DNA from: Antedon mediterranea
Lineage: Eukaryota > Animalia > Echinodermata
NCBI RefSeq assembly: GCF_964355755.1
Contig: NC_092673.1
Span: forward strand, 3,038,001 to 3,102,000
Direction of reading: 5' to 3'
Length of the DNA: 64,000 nucleotides
In this document: piece by piece, positions 24,944 through 38,055 of the stretch
Layout: each line of letters begins with the position of its first letter
Position numbering within the stretch: position 1 is the first letter of the stretch
The notes under the pieces: generated by a model
Database searches by the model: none
Told to the model about the DNA's origin: nothing
The model's input: only the letters and a program-made list of their open reading frames with translations
Made by a program: the position numbers and the translations under genes

Positions 24944-25075
24944 ATTACTGCAGTTTGACTTGTATTACTGTAGTTTGAGTTGTATTACTGCAGTTTGACT
25001 CGTATTACTGCAGTTTGACGTGTATTACTGCAGTTTGACGTGTATTACTGCAGTTTGACTCGTATTACTGCAGTT
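24944..25075. repeat. 20-bp minisatellite, about 6.5 units
   Basis: Unit GTATTACTGCAGTTTGACT[C/T]. Confidence 0.9.
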
Positions 25076-27518
25076 AGTTTACATTAGTATGTATTCTGTC
25101 TTTTTTCATATATTTTCTATATAAATCTGTTATAATATAAGAAAATTAACAAATAAAAACACTTTTTAAAAATCAAATTTGGAAAAAATGCATTATATTT
25201 AATGTAATGTTCTTTGTGAACTTTGGCCTGTTGAATGATCACATTGAAAGAGACAATTTGTCCAATCTGAATTTGGTGTACATATTAGGAACTTGTTGTA
25301 AGTACAACATCAAGCCTTGTGTGTTATCAACATGTCGGAAGCAAGTACTGGAAAAACATTGATATTATATTGTTGTAATATAAACATAGGTTAGTAATTT
25401 ACAACAAAGATAGAGAGAATTGAATCCATCAATTTAAATATAAATCGTTGCAATCTTTTTTTAACGCTTCCAAAGTGTGAATCAAATTATAGATTACCAT
25501 TTTGATACAGAATATACCGTTAGCTGCCAGTCTTGCATCCTCCAGACTTGATTGAAAGTGACAAGCGCTTCGTCAAACTATTTACTAGTACGTGTGAAAC
25601 AAGTTGGATCGATATATTGGTATGCAAGAGCTTAATGGAACTCAGTGCATGCGATCAGAATAGTTTAAATTGTCTGTTTTTATTTCTCTACTGATCAATT
25701 TTTCTCAAATGATTAAAACAGATATAAAATATTTATAATAGCGAGAGAAATTGTTGCATTTATACTAATTTCTGTGAGTTTGTTCAAAATGATTTAGAAA
25801 GTTGAAAGAAAATGTTACATACAAACCTATTATCAATACTATCTTATTTGGCTTTCTATTTCTACTTGTTAAAGTCCTGAGGAAATGTTCTTTTTAAACA
25901 TTTATTTAAATTTATGTTGCATTTTCAAAGATATTTGATTGTGATAGGAAATACATACAGTGTTCTACACAATAAGAGTGTTTAAAGCATAGGTAATAAC
26001 TTAAAACATGAATTTAAGACAACTATTGGGATACAAAATCGCTAAACGTAATAATTATTAAAAATGTACTGTATTCAAATTGTGTCGCATTGTTCATAAA
26101 AGATGAAATATAGATCTCTATCTACAAGTATGCTCAAATAAATGCATTAAAATTGTGTCGGCATTTTTCTCATTATTTTCATTTACACGTTGAGAGATTT
26201 AAATATGTCAACATAGTTCTATTTCTGTAAGAGTAACTTTGTCACTGTTGGATGGACGGCATCTGTTGAAAAAAAAAACTTGCATTACTAAAAACAAATT
26301 ACTATTTCATAGAAACCATACATAACACCTGTCTGGTTACATGACCTTAATTCAAATTATCTTAAAATATCATTACGAAATGCGTTTTAAGCTTTAAAAC
26401 AAATCGCATGATATGATGGCAGTAGCGTTGAATTGTAGTTTAATAAGTGCTTACGGAGGGAATGCAAGTATATAAATTATTTTCATTATGTGATATCTGA
26501 CATAAAGATATAAATTTATAGATAAGTAGTGCGTTTTGCGTGTACACCTGTTCCTCAGGTGTCCTTAATGCCCTCTTTCCTATATCTTCGATACTTAATT
26601 CTTTAGTCCTTGACTTTACTTTATACTTGTATAACATTATTTTTTTAATAGATTGAACAGAGACAAAAATAATATTCCGAAAGAAAAAGTTCAACCAAAA
26701 AAAACCTTGTTCCATTGTAATTATCGTGAGTGCAGAACAAGTAAATGAATGTAAAAAACAACTCCGTTTTGAAAACTTTTAATCATTTACATGTCACAAG
26801 AAGAAACAAATTTGTTCTAGCCTTAAACCATGTTGCGGATCGACATAGACCGATGAGAATACGCAAAAATCTGATCTTACGGTACAAAAGGTTCTGAAAC
26901 GGAACAAATTCAGAGGAAGCTTTATCTATCAAGTGTAAAACCTAAAGCGATAAATCATTAATGCGTTTTTTAAAAGGTTACCAATGGATATGTACTTCGA
27001 ACGAACCCTAAACAGGTTTCCGGAAAATCTTGCACCAGATTGCTATAATAATTAAAGGTTACTAAAGCTATGATTAATAATATCTCTTGAACAGAATACG
27101 TGATACCTTGTATGAATGTTATAGGGTACAGTACATGCAGATTGATTAACTTTTAGATTAGATGTGCACATTAGTAATGACTGCATCTATTAAGCCACCA
27201 CGTAAAGGTCTCTCATGCACTCCTGATCAATTTTTCAACTAGTGTTTGTTGAAGGCTCCAGAGGCAATACACTTTCTAATATGTCAAATAGATGTGTTAA
27301 GACATTGAAAGAATACAACAAAATAAATTATCTGCACTGGAAATACATTACAGAAAGTGCAGTGGGTTGTGAATTATCACTATAGAAAATTATATAATAT
27401 AAATGCAGTTGATAAGGAATGAGGAATGTACAAGTCCCTGTCCAACAACAGCTATAGTTACAGACATATTGGTGTTACCTTAAACTTGATGTTAATGAAA
27501 ACTAATTACAGTTTTTTA

Positions 27519-27611
27519 AGCTTGGTTCCCACTAGGACGTAACACAAGGAATTAAGCGGCAACGTAAGCGAATTGACAAACCAGTCAAAGCTCACTTTTG
27601 GGAGCCAAGCT
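27519..27611. mobile_element. MITE family B short copy
   Basis: AGCTTGGTTCCCA ... TGGGAGCCAAGCT with TTA on both sides. Confidence 0.7.
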
Positions 27612-28829
27612 TTAGATACACTGGTATTAATCCACCCTCACACCATGGGGGATATTATATGGTAGTCTGTATGGTATTGAAATCTCAATGTCCAATGTAC
27701 TGTAAGTATACTTGTCAATTTAGTTAAATCGATAACTGTGGCCTAATAACACAAATCCATTTCCAATTCCTGTATTCACAACTTATCATTCTCGGTTTTA
27801 TTTATACAATTTAGATACTAGCAAACTTCCATAAAAGTCAGTTGTTAATTTATCAAATAGTTCTATGTTACAATTTCCTATTTACTTGTTTTTAATGAAA
27901 CATTACTATACTAAAAATATTTCCTACCATAAAATCTAAAATCTTTCCAGTAAATGCGTCCTTTTTTACCCACTGTATTATGTTGTATTGAAAACTTTGA
28001 TTTAGCCCCCTCTATGTTATTCAGTTAAATCTATTAAGTATTTTCACTTGGAACGCAGTACAAAATTTATTTTATGGCACTTATGTGATCCAAAGTTAAT
28101 CCTACCCCAAAACAACTTCTTCACAAAATCTCCATGATTTTTGTTCACAGTTTTGTTCAAAGTTAAATCAATGTTGATTTTTCTGTTTACACTTTTGTTT
28201 TTATTAGGTGATCATTTAGAATAAAATGATCACCTATTGTTATTGTATCAAATCTTTATTTTTCTTTTTATTGTTTCTGTACACTATTTTGTGTAATTCA
28301 CAATTAAATCTACTTTGGCTGGTTTTAGTTGTCCAATCATATTTCTCCTTACTTAAGCAAAAAAACAAAAAATATCGTGTACTTGAGCTAATAACTTTTC
28401 ACACTACTTCAATTGATTGTTTATTTTAGATTGAAAGCTTGTTTACATATAACAATTCTTCATTTTTGTAAATCTTCCAACAAATTTATCATTATTGATG
28501 CTCGATTATGACATTTGAAATTGATAAAGAAAAATTTGGTGTGACTTATCACCAGTTAAGTTGTTTTTCCTATAAGAAATGGATGGGCTGATAAGTTCAT
28601 ATGTAGGTGATACACTTGTTTTCAACATTTACCAATTAATGTTGTAGAAAAAAATGTAGATTGAGTCATAGATACATTCTATTGAAATGTGAAGTTCGAC
28701 TTCCTTCTTTTATTCAATTTTCTTCTTGGTCCTTCTTCAGATGACCTGGAATCACACTACAGTGTTTTGATTTTAAATAAAAAACTTTATCCAATTTTTT
28801 TTTAACACTAAATATGGGATGTTCTTTCT

Positions 28830-28990
28830 TTAGCCTATATTGGTGCCAGTTGTTCCTGTCGTTAGCAAATCTTTTCCATGCAGTGATACTTGTCTGTCTG
28901 ACGAGCTCATTCCTCCATCTCGAATTAAGTCTACCCCTCTTTCTTTTCTCATTTATAGATGGTTGCAACTCCATTTTGTACATTTTGCTG
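28830..28990 (-). mobile_element. RTE-clade LINE 3' relic
   Basis: Peptide P..EKRKRGRLNSRWRNEL.....AWKRFANDRNNW fits the RTE ORF C-terminal pattern (KR.RGRP..RW...W...A.DR..W). Confidence 0.7.
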
Positions 28991-31900
28991 TCTTTACTAC
29001 ATCATTCACTTTTGTTTGTTCTCTGAAAAATGTTATCTCAAGATAGAAATATATTTTGGTTGGATTCAATATTTTGTTATTTGTATTATGCATTTCAGCA
29101 ATCATGTTCGGTTATAATAAAGGATAACTATCGTCTTTGTTGTACATCTTTTCAATTGTATTAAGGTTTCTTGAGGTCAATAAACTTAAGCCGTAGTTTG
29201 AATGTTCTGTATCTAAAGGGAGGAGCTTAATGACGTTTCTAAAGTCCACGAGACTATTTCCAAGATTAGCGCAAGCCTCTACTAAGCCAACACAGGCTTA
29301 TGGCTCGTGTCTCATGAGACGTAAAGTCTGACAAAGAACCCTTGGATAACACTAACTAAAAGCCCTTATATGTATCTCTTAAGACATCTTATTTTAATAA
29401 TTGTTATCAGTATCTTTACTACTGTGTGTATTATTTATATTCTCCTATGGTTTTTTTTTAAATCATGTGTGACCTGAAAATGACCCATAATAAGCCATCT
29501 GTTACTGAATGCTGCGATCTCTGTGTATTTTGTGTATGCGTTTGGCTAAGTAACATAATTTGAATAGAGTGTGATAAACATTTGATTTGTCACTTCAATT
29601 TAAAAAATTTCTATTATGTCTAACGTGTGGTGGAAATAAAAGAGCATTGCACTGTAGATTATCATGCATTATACAGTACATCACATGGCAGATTATTTGA
29701 GACTAAATGAATATTTCATCGGATCCAGTTTCCTTTTGTGTATTTATAGAAAATAGAATTATTGATATTATGTTTACTATATAATACCAATAGAGCTATA
29801 CTGTAAGCCTGTCCCCTCCCCCAGAGACATTTATGACCACCATGCAGTATAAACATACCTCCAAATGTGTAGTAAATTTGTCTTGCATTTGTCTAAATGA
29901 TACAGGTGGTGAAATATGTACTGTTGTTTTTCTTTTTTTACACCTACATGCACTAATAATCAGTCATTTCATGATTTCTAGACTTGTGAAGGAACTTGCA
30001 TAAGAAATGTTTATTTATTAAAATGTATCATTCTTATGCAATTTTATTCGCATGTATGAGCTGGGTCTGCTCATTGCTTGACACCCGTCTCAATCCTTAC
30101 CACTGCGTACCAAACAATTAATGAATAGAAATGCTTAGAATTTTATCTCATTTGTCTTATCTTATTTATATCTTCAGTTGTATTTTAATAAAAATATCTT
30201 TTCCCGCCCAAAACCCAAATGCAGAGATCATAGTAGGCGTGGTAACCATGTCTGTGCCCTTTATTTCATATTCATCGCTAGTAGTAGTAATGCTAGTATT
30301 TAAATTCTTATGTTTGTAACTGGCAACATTCAGCTTGTTAACCAATTAGTATAGTGTCATATGTAATTGATAGACTGTTGCAGTAATCTCTGTTTTTCTA
30401 TCGGCCTAATCCACTGGCTTTTTAATGATTATTAATATGACAGCGAAGTTGTGCGGCAAACTTGTTTCCAACTTTCAAGGTGCAATTCATCTAGCACTTA
30501 TGAATTTCAATGCGTTTTCAAAATCCACACATCTGCTGTGGTTTTTTCAGATACAATGACCCGAAAAGAAATAAAAATTGTCATTAAAAGAAGTGAATTT
30601 GATTTGAATGGTAACGACAGCATGTGCTTGTTTAGGGGAGTGATGTATGGGATTACCGTTGGATGATCAACAATGTGATTGAGACATGTAGGAGGTATTA
30701 CCATCATCCCGAATGGAATATTGATTACTTATTCAAATAGTTGCTTTAAACCAAAACATTGCCACTACATATGCTTAATAAAAAGACATAGTTTATAGAT
30801 TCCCGATAAAAAATAACTTGTTTAGAAAGAATTTGTATATTTCTCAAAAGGACACAACTTTAAATTTGTTATTTTACCTTTCATGCTGACTATCGACTAC
30901 TCTTGCATTTTTTGCCGTTTGATATGTTTTTTGCCTGTTTCTTTTGTTTTTTACTTATAGGATTTTTACCTTTTTAAATGCTGTTTTAATTCTTTCACAC
31001 TTTTTTTGCAATATTTTTAACATGCTTTTTACTTTTGGCCACGAGAAAACAGGAGCTTGATAATATTTGTTAAATGTATGTTCTAAGTAAATAATTTTGT
31101 TGTTGGTATCTATAAACTCTATAATATAGATATTTAAATTTTCTATCCATCTGGTGAATACAAAGGCTTTGTGTCATGTCCATGACCATAGGAAATAGTC
31201 TGTGGCACTAATGAACTGATTGGACATCTCTCCGGCTTTAATATGGGCTTCACGTTGAGTGTGGTAATCCAATCAAAGCTGCTATGCCTCGTTCTGCAAA
31301 ATCGTTAGGCTTTTGTTCAACTTTTTCTACTTGACATGTTTGCATCATAAAATCTAAGGGTAGATAAAATGCCTGGTAGCTTCTTTATTAATAATATTAT
31401 TAACAAGCTGAAACCTAATAGCATTACTCCTCAAAATTAATTGTTTTCTGAATTTATCTTGAAAGGTCTAATTTTGTGTATATGTGTTTTGTCTGTGAAG
31501 GTCCATTTTGCTCAGCAAAGCACTGGACCTCAAAATCTTCCATCAACCCTAAAGAATATTTTTTCACCAACCAAAGAAACACCTGAGTACTTGGAAGTAT
31601 ACTTTTATTTATTTTTTCTCATCCAATCGTTTGTATACTCTCTATTATTTCCTGGCTTTCTAATTTTTCCTCCTCATCCACATTTTGACCCTCATCCCGC
31701 TATACTAGGCTTCTCTATCTACATCCCTGGTACTGTATAAATTATAATGTACTACTATCTGATACTATGATATCTAGTAACAATCGTGTATTTTTAATCC
31801 ATATTCTCTTTAGTACCCTAGATACTTATTTATCAGTTGAAGCATCTCTTATATTCCCTATGCTTTGATAAATCTTAATGTGCTCCAATATTCCTAAATC

Positions 31901-32580
31901 CTTCTTGCTATATTCATCGAGATGCAGGAAGCAATGTGCTTCTCTGTTTTCCATATGAATTGTTCCTGAGATATTCCCCGTTTTCCGTAAGGTCATGTAC
32001 ATTCCTTCATGTTTATTGATAATGTTCAAAAGCTGTGATGCTATTTATTCAAGTGATTATGCTCAAATCACATCATTTGCCCTCGTCAAACATTTAGATG
32101 ATCTAATCGTAAGGAGAGTGCCAAATTATTATACATTTATGTTATTCTCAAGTATATTTGGATATATCATTTTCTTTATGTGATTACGATTCAAAACGAC
32201 AATCAATTTCTTGCCAGTAAACTGTTTTCTATTTTGGATTGAATTGGTCAACTTTTTGCTAAGTAATGTTAATGGATGAAACTATATTTAAACTTTAGTC
32301 TCTGAACTTTCAACCTCCTCAACCAATCATTTCTAACATATAATAATTTTGGAATGTGTTGCTCATCTCTGAGAACTAAAGTGAGTGTAATTCTGATTAT
32401 TATTATTCTTGTTTAATGAAGGCTTGTGATTGGTCAAATATTTCCATCACATGACCGTTGCTCAAATAAAACTTTCCTATTGATTTTGAAACATCTGTTT
32501 ATTATTCAGTTTGTTGATAATACTTTTTTTTTATACTATTTTTATTTTAAATTTATTCATTCATTAATCTGCATAGATAA

Positions 32581-32826
32581 GGCTCTTTCTACACTATCAA
32601 ACTAATTTTTTTTTTTAAAGGTATGATGTACCCAAAAATGGTAGTGATATGCCCAAATAAGTTAGTGATATGCCCAAATAAGTTAGTGATATGCCCAAAT
32701 ATGGTAGTAGTGATATGTCGAAATATGGTTGTGATATGCCCAAATATAATAGTGATATGACATCATCATGTCCATGGGCACATCACATTTTTGTATCAAA
32801 TAAATATGGATAGTGTAGACAGAGCT
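32581..32826. mobile_element. MITE family A copy with about six 21-bp units
   Basis: GGCTCTTTCTACACTATCAAAC ... GATAGTGTAGACAGAGCT with an expanded internal array. Confidence 0.8.
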
Positions 32827-34351
32827 TTAGACCAATTTTTCATTACAAAGGTAATAGTTTATGTGTCATTGAAAATAGAGACGATAACCCGATTCGGATA
32901 TTACACCACAATAGTGTTTTGTTGGCCTAGAGTTAAAAAGTTAATAGAAGTATACAATGGGAAAGATGGCCGACTTTGATATGATTGATATGACTAACAA
33001 CCAGGTTGGCATTTTGGTATTGCCCTACTTTTAACGCATCGATTAGTCTTAACAACTATAAAAACTACCGTCGTTGTAATTATCTTGCCGTGTTTATGCC
33101 TGTTTGCTACTCTGCAGTGTTTTGAGTGTGAACAAGAGTTCTACTTAATTACCAATAATATTATGCACATAAATATCTGACTGATATTCTGTCGGGATTG
33201 TCGTTTCAATTTGTATAGTGTGTGCGCTGTTAATGACGAAACTTAGAAAATTATTGCTCGACTAATATGTTTTTGTAACCATATAAATGCTTTTTAGATC
33301 TGTCTAAATCATCTATCATAACTATTGAAAATTAATACTGTTGTGTTTTTTTTAAAGAATGATGATTTGTGATAGATGGTTTAAACTTTTGTATCAGTGA
33401 TATAGTACTGTGTAGCATTATTCAATAATAAAATAGCTTAGTACTTGGTTGTGCAGTTTAACTACAATGTTAGTATTTATTTATTAATTTTATGTAGCTA
33501 ATATTATTAAATTCAAAGGATTTTCAAATTTATTTTACATATCATACATATTCTTATGTTCTGACTCATAACATTTAATAATTATATAGCAAGATGAGTC
33601 ACTTTATATATTGGATTTATATTCAGAGTGTATACTACATTCTAGTCACACATTGTCATTTTGGAAGAAATGTAATGATGTTACGCATGAATGTACGCTT
33701 TCTGTCCCGTGTGATTGTCGGCAAAATATACGGCATCGGTCGTAAATGGCAAAGGAGGAGATAAAAGCTGAAGATGTTGAGAAATATCAGTTGTAGAACT
33801 TTAATTGCATTCGAACCGGATTTAAGAAAACAAATTATGTAACAAAATATGGTTATGTGTTTTAATAAATATGTAACCACAATCTCTGACTGACATTATC
33901 TTTTCTTGCTTATGATAATAACATGATATTCTATCAACACTATGCAATTTTCTGTTAATATTGATTGAGCAGTACATGTACAGATAAATATTCAAAAGAG
34001 TAATAATATTAAGGTATATTTGTTAGTCATTGTGCCTAAAGGTTGAATAAGACAGTATTATAAAATAGCAAAGCAAAATTTAAATTTTTAAAAAGGGGTT
34101 TGAGCAGGCTGTTTCATTTTATATATCAAATGTTTTTTTCTTTAATGTTGGTGGTTTTTCAACATCCTAGCAGGCTATCCCTTTTGTAAACTCTTGATGG
34201 ATAAAATCAGTAGAAAATTGTGTTATTAATATAAATAGGTTTATATTGTAAGATTTGTTCTTATAAACATACTCCCATGATGCAGCAATTAATCAGTGGA
34301 AAGTTGTGTCTTTACCTTACCATGAACCCATCTTATTATATAATACACCAA

Positions 34352-34447
34352 AGAGGCAAAAGTAAGTATCTTGTCTAAGGATACAAGCAATGCGACAAGA
34401 GTTGAATTTGAACTCGCGATCCAATGCCCAACACACTGCACCACATG
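34352..34447 (-). mobile_element. Partial CORE-like SINE
   Basis: GTAAGTATCTTGTCTAAGGATACAAGCAATGCGACAAGAGTTG..TTGAAC matches 5600-5700. Confidence 0.7.
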
Positions 34448-37400
34448 CTTTTACAAGCTACTTAGCAAAAAAACAGAGAGAATATAAAATACGTATCTTA
34501 TGCACACACATTACAAACAGAATATGTATACACATATTGTTATACCTCCATGTACTCTGTGTATATTAATGCCTTGTAAACAGATTGCATGCTACTGTAC
34601 AAAACAAAAACTGGGCCAACACGCTGTTATAGAAGCGGTATACTATACACATTTTTTAATACAGAAAATTGCTTTTAGAAACTCGGCCATCCACAACACA
34701 GAAGTGATACATTATATTATGCACTTATGAATGACATTTGCTTGAATGCCACTCCCAAACAGCATGCTACTAAAAACTGGGCCATTCACGCCAACCGATA
34801 TTGAAAATGACACAGAATAATAAGCCAAAAAAAATTTGAAACAACATTTAAGATAGTAGCAATTACGTTGAAGTAATTGTAACAATGTATAGCATATGCA
34901 CGCTGTAAATGTGTTATTCATTTGCATCCTGTTAAATATATCTTCGTGTTACAATGTAATTAAGACTTGTATGTGAGTAGAATAATAGATTTGGATACAA
35001 GAATGAAGCTGTCACTTACAATTGTGTTTGAATCTGTCGTATCTTTATATCAGATTATTATTCTATTGTTGTGACTGATTTTAGTAGCCTGATGTCTTTT
35101 ATTTATAACTTTTAATAGGATAATCCATTGTGATTCTGTATAAATCAATTTGGTAATTTATTCTATTTTGTTAGATAAATCGTGGTGGTACATTGTGTTG
35201 ATGGGTTTGGCTTTGTCACATGACATCTTATTCTTTGAGGTAACATTTTCTACTGCTCTTGAAGATGTGGTATACATCAGCTCCACTACAGCAGTACAGC
35301 TGACTTGAAGAGGTCCTATTAAAAACAATACAGAATTTTACAGATGCCATTCAAACATAAAGATAAAGATTTATAAAGTTAAAATTCTCAAACAGATTAA
35401 AAATGTTAAAATTTATACATTACAATAAACTTATATTATTGCTTATCTTTGAGATATAATTTTAACTTTGTTTTAAAATCAGAATGAGATATATTGCATT
35501 TAAAGGAGAGAGAATTAAGAAAGGAAGTGGCTCTATATTAAGAAAAGACATTTTGAAGTACAAAAGCTTAGGTTTAGGAACAAAAAATCACCCATAGTAA
35601 CTATTCGAATACACATACCTTGACGGGTAGTAGGTTTTTTAAAAATGGTTGAGGTAGTCTGGAGTAGAACCAGTGGCATCTTTGTTGTTCAAAATTATTG
35701 ACAAGTTTAAGGATTGTTTAGACTTGGTATATATCTAAATATTATTTCTCTATATTGTTCCATCTTCATGATTTACAAGCAAAATTAAATTTACTTTAAA
35801 ATTTCTCAGGTATATCTTTCTCGCTGTAAAAACTCTATTTCGAGTTGTGTACAAGTGAGTCATCTTGTTTCATTTTATCAACCATAAATGGAACGGACAA
35901 GTAAGCAAATGTATCCACAGGTTTATAAAACATTCAATTAATATATGTAAGCGATAAAGACAATTGCAATGCATTTCATTAAGAGTGACATAAACTTGTT
36001 TTGTTTTGTGTTATCCAAATATTAATATTTTTTGTTCTTTAAATTGTGTACAAATAAAGTTAATTATGGTTGTTTTATGATATGTACATCAACAGTTAGC
36101 TGCTCTATTGGATGATACTGTATTTTTTACCATTTTCATGGAATTTTACTGTATTGTATTTTTAACGTCTGACTATAATTTCTTTCACAGTTAGTGCATT
36201 AGATCTTTATTCCTCTGAGAAAGAAATACAATTGTTGAAAGCTGAATGTAGGCTACACAGTTGAAGGGAGTTGTTATACTATATGTTGTTCAATCTCTCA
36301 AATGTCTATGGTTTTGATCTTAGTCTTCAGTGCCAATAGCGCTTGACAGGTAATTCTTCAGACCTTTATTCTTACTCAAATTAAAAAGTGGTGGTACAGT
36401 GCTAAGGTTGTAGGTTCAATTCTCCTGTAATTCTTTAACACTAACAGCACTTGGCAGTTGCATTTGATTTTCTATTACACTAGTAATATTGTGTGGTATT
36501 TGAGTATCACAACTTCGTCTGCCTGAGGTAAAGAATTGGACAAAAAATGTTATTAGTTAGGCCTACTTCTAGCACGTTTGCTGATGGTCTCAGTTTGCAA
36601 AGGTTATTTTGAACCATGAACCCCCTGGCTACAGGCTTGACCGCAACAATTACCTTCACTCTTGTTTCTTTCTTTTCAACTGCGTCTTGACTATTTTAAC
36701 TTAAATTGGCTACTTTTATTCTTATTAAAAAGCTAATAAAATTGGTTAGTATTAGCGTTTGGTCTTCACATCCAATAGATGGACTTTAGAGAAACGTTGC
36801 TGTTTTGTCTATAGTATGATTTTAGGCCTACCAATTCTAAGTTCAGTATCTATTAAGTTTTTTAGTTTGTCTAGAAGTAGCGTTTCTCTTTTTTGTGGGA
36901 TTTTTCCAAATCTGAAGTTAAGACTCCTTGTGTGTCTTTTCATTTGAGGTATTTTCTTTTCCAAAGTAAAGATGTTGGCAATTTCTTTGGGTTTTGGCAG
37001 AACTCTAAAATGTCTCACCTGCTGTTCAGTTGCATCTTTTGATAATTTGGAAAATGTACTGTACTGGATGTAATCAATCATGCAGGAGTTTCGCAGGCCA
37101 ATGTTAAGATACAATACATACATTTTCTACAAACAATAATGTCCATGTTGTTATACGGTAGTTGTTGCATGTTTGCTGCCCTCAATCATTTAATTTTTAT
37201 ATGTTTTGTGTTCTTCATTTTAAGTATTACTGTAATTGGTTTCTTTTCAAATGTTTTTTTTAGAGGAGAAAAAAAACTGAAGATTAAAAATTTTAAACTT
37301 TAATTTATTATTTGGTGATTAATTTAGTATGGACTCGTATTAGTTCCATATTATTAATGTTATAAAAAACATGACTAATGTTTTTTTCTTGGGTGATGAT

Positions 37401-37864
37401 TATAAATAAACAATTATGTAGGTATCCAGAAAAGATGGAGCATTAATAGCAAAGGCAAAACTATAAAACTGTGACAAAAAATATGATGTGGCCAAATATG
37501 GACATGATGATGTCATATCACTACCATTTTTGTGCACATCACACTAGGTGCAGACAGAGCTTTAGATGTTTGCGAAAGTAGGTTACTCATGTCAACAGTT
37601 TATGTAATCAATAACAATACAAGTTGGATGGAATATGATATTGATTTCTTAACTTCATTAAGATTATAAAAACAAATTAATCATTACAATTGTTTACATT
37701 GTTTAACTGCCCACTAAAAATATATTTGCAAAATTGAAAACAATATGTTGTAAATATTTGATTAACTCTTGAAATACTGTTGGCATTTATTTCAATAGTT
37801 AAAACATGGAGGTATAAAATGCATCTGTTTAAAGCACTCTTACTGGTACCTTCTCAATGCTTTA

Positions 37865-38055
37865 AGCTCTGTCTACACTATCAAATTAGTTTGACAAAAA
37901 AGTGTTTGATGTGCCCAAATATGGTAGTGATATGCCCAAATATGATGTGATATGCCCAAATATGATAGCGATATGATGTCATCGTGTGTAGTCCATATAT
38001 GGGCATATCACATTTTTTTGTCGCATAAAGTTTGATAGTAAGTGTAGACAGAGCT
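37865..38055. mobile_element. MITE family A copy
   Basis: Both TIRs, TTA TSD. A partial copy also lies at about 37460-37561. Confidence 0.8.

Noticed and set aside
30095-30135. Minus-strand CGCAG-TG-GTAAGG read as a 2-nt microexon with downstream RBFOX motifs
   Set aside because: A 2-nt exon is implausible without data and the alternative upstream AG lacks a pyrimidine tract.
31540-32110. Minus-strand peptides with KYLG/KYSGV and RTE-like fragments
   Set aside because: Probably very old LINE debris, but too decayed to delimit or classify from sequence alone.
36809-37123. 104-aa basic minus-strand ORF
   Set aside because: No recognisable domain or convincing splice context; at most faint resemblance to LINE ORF2.
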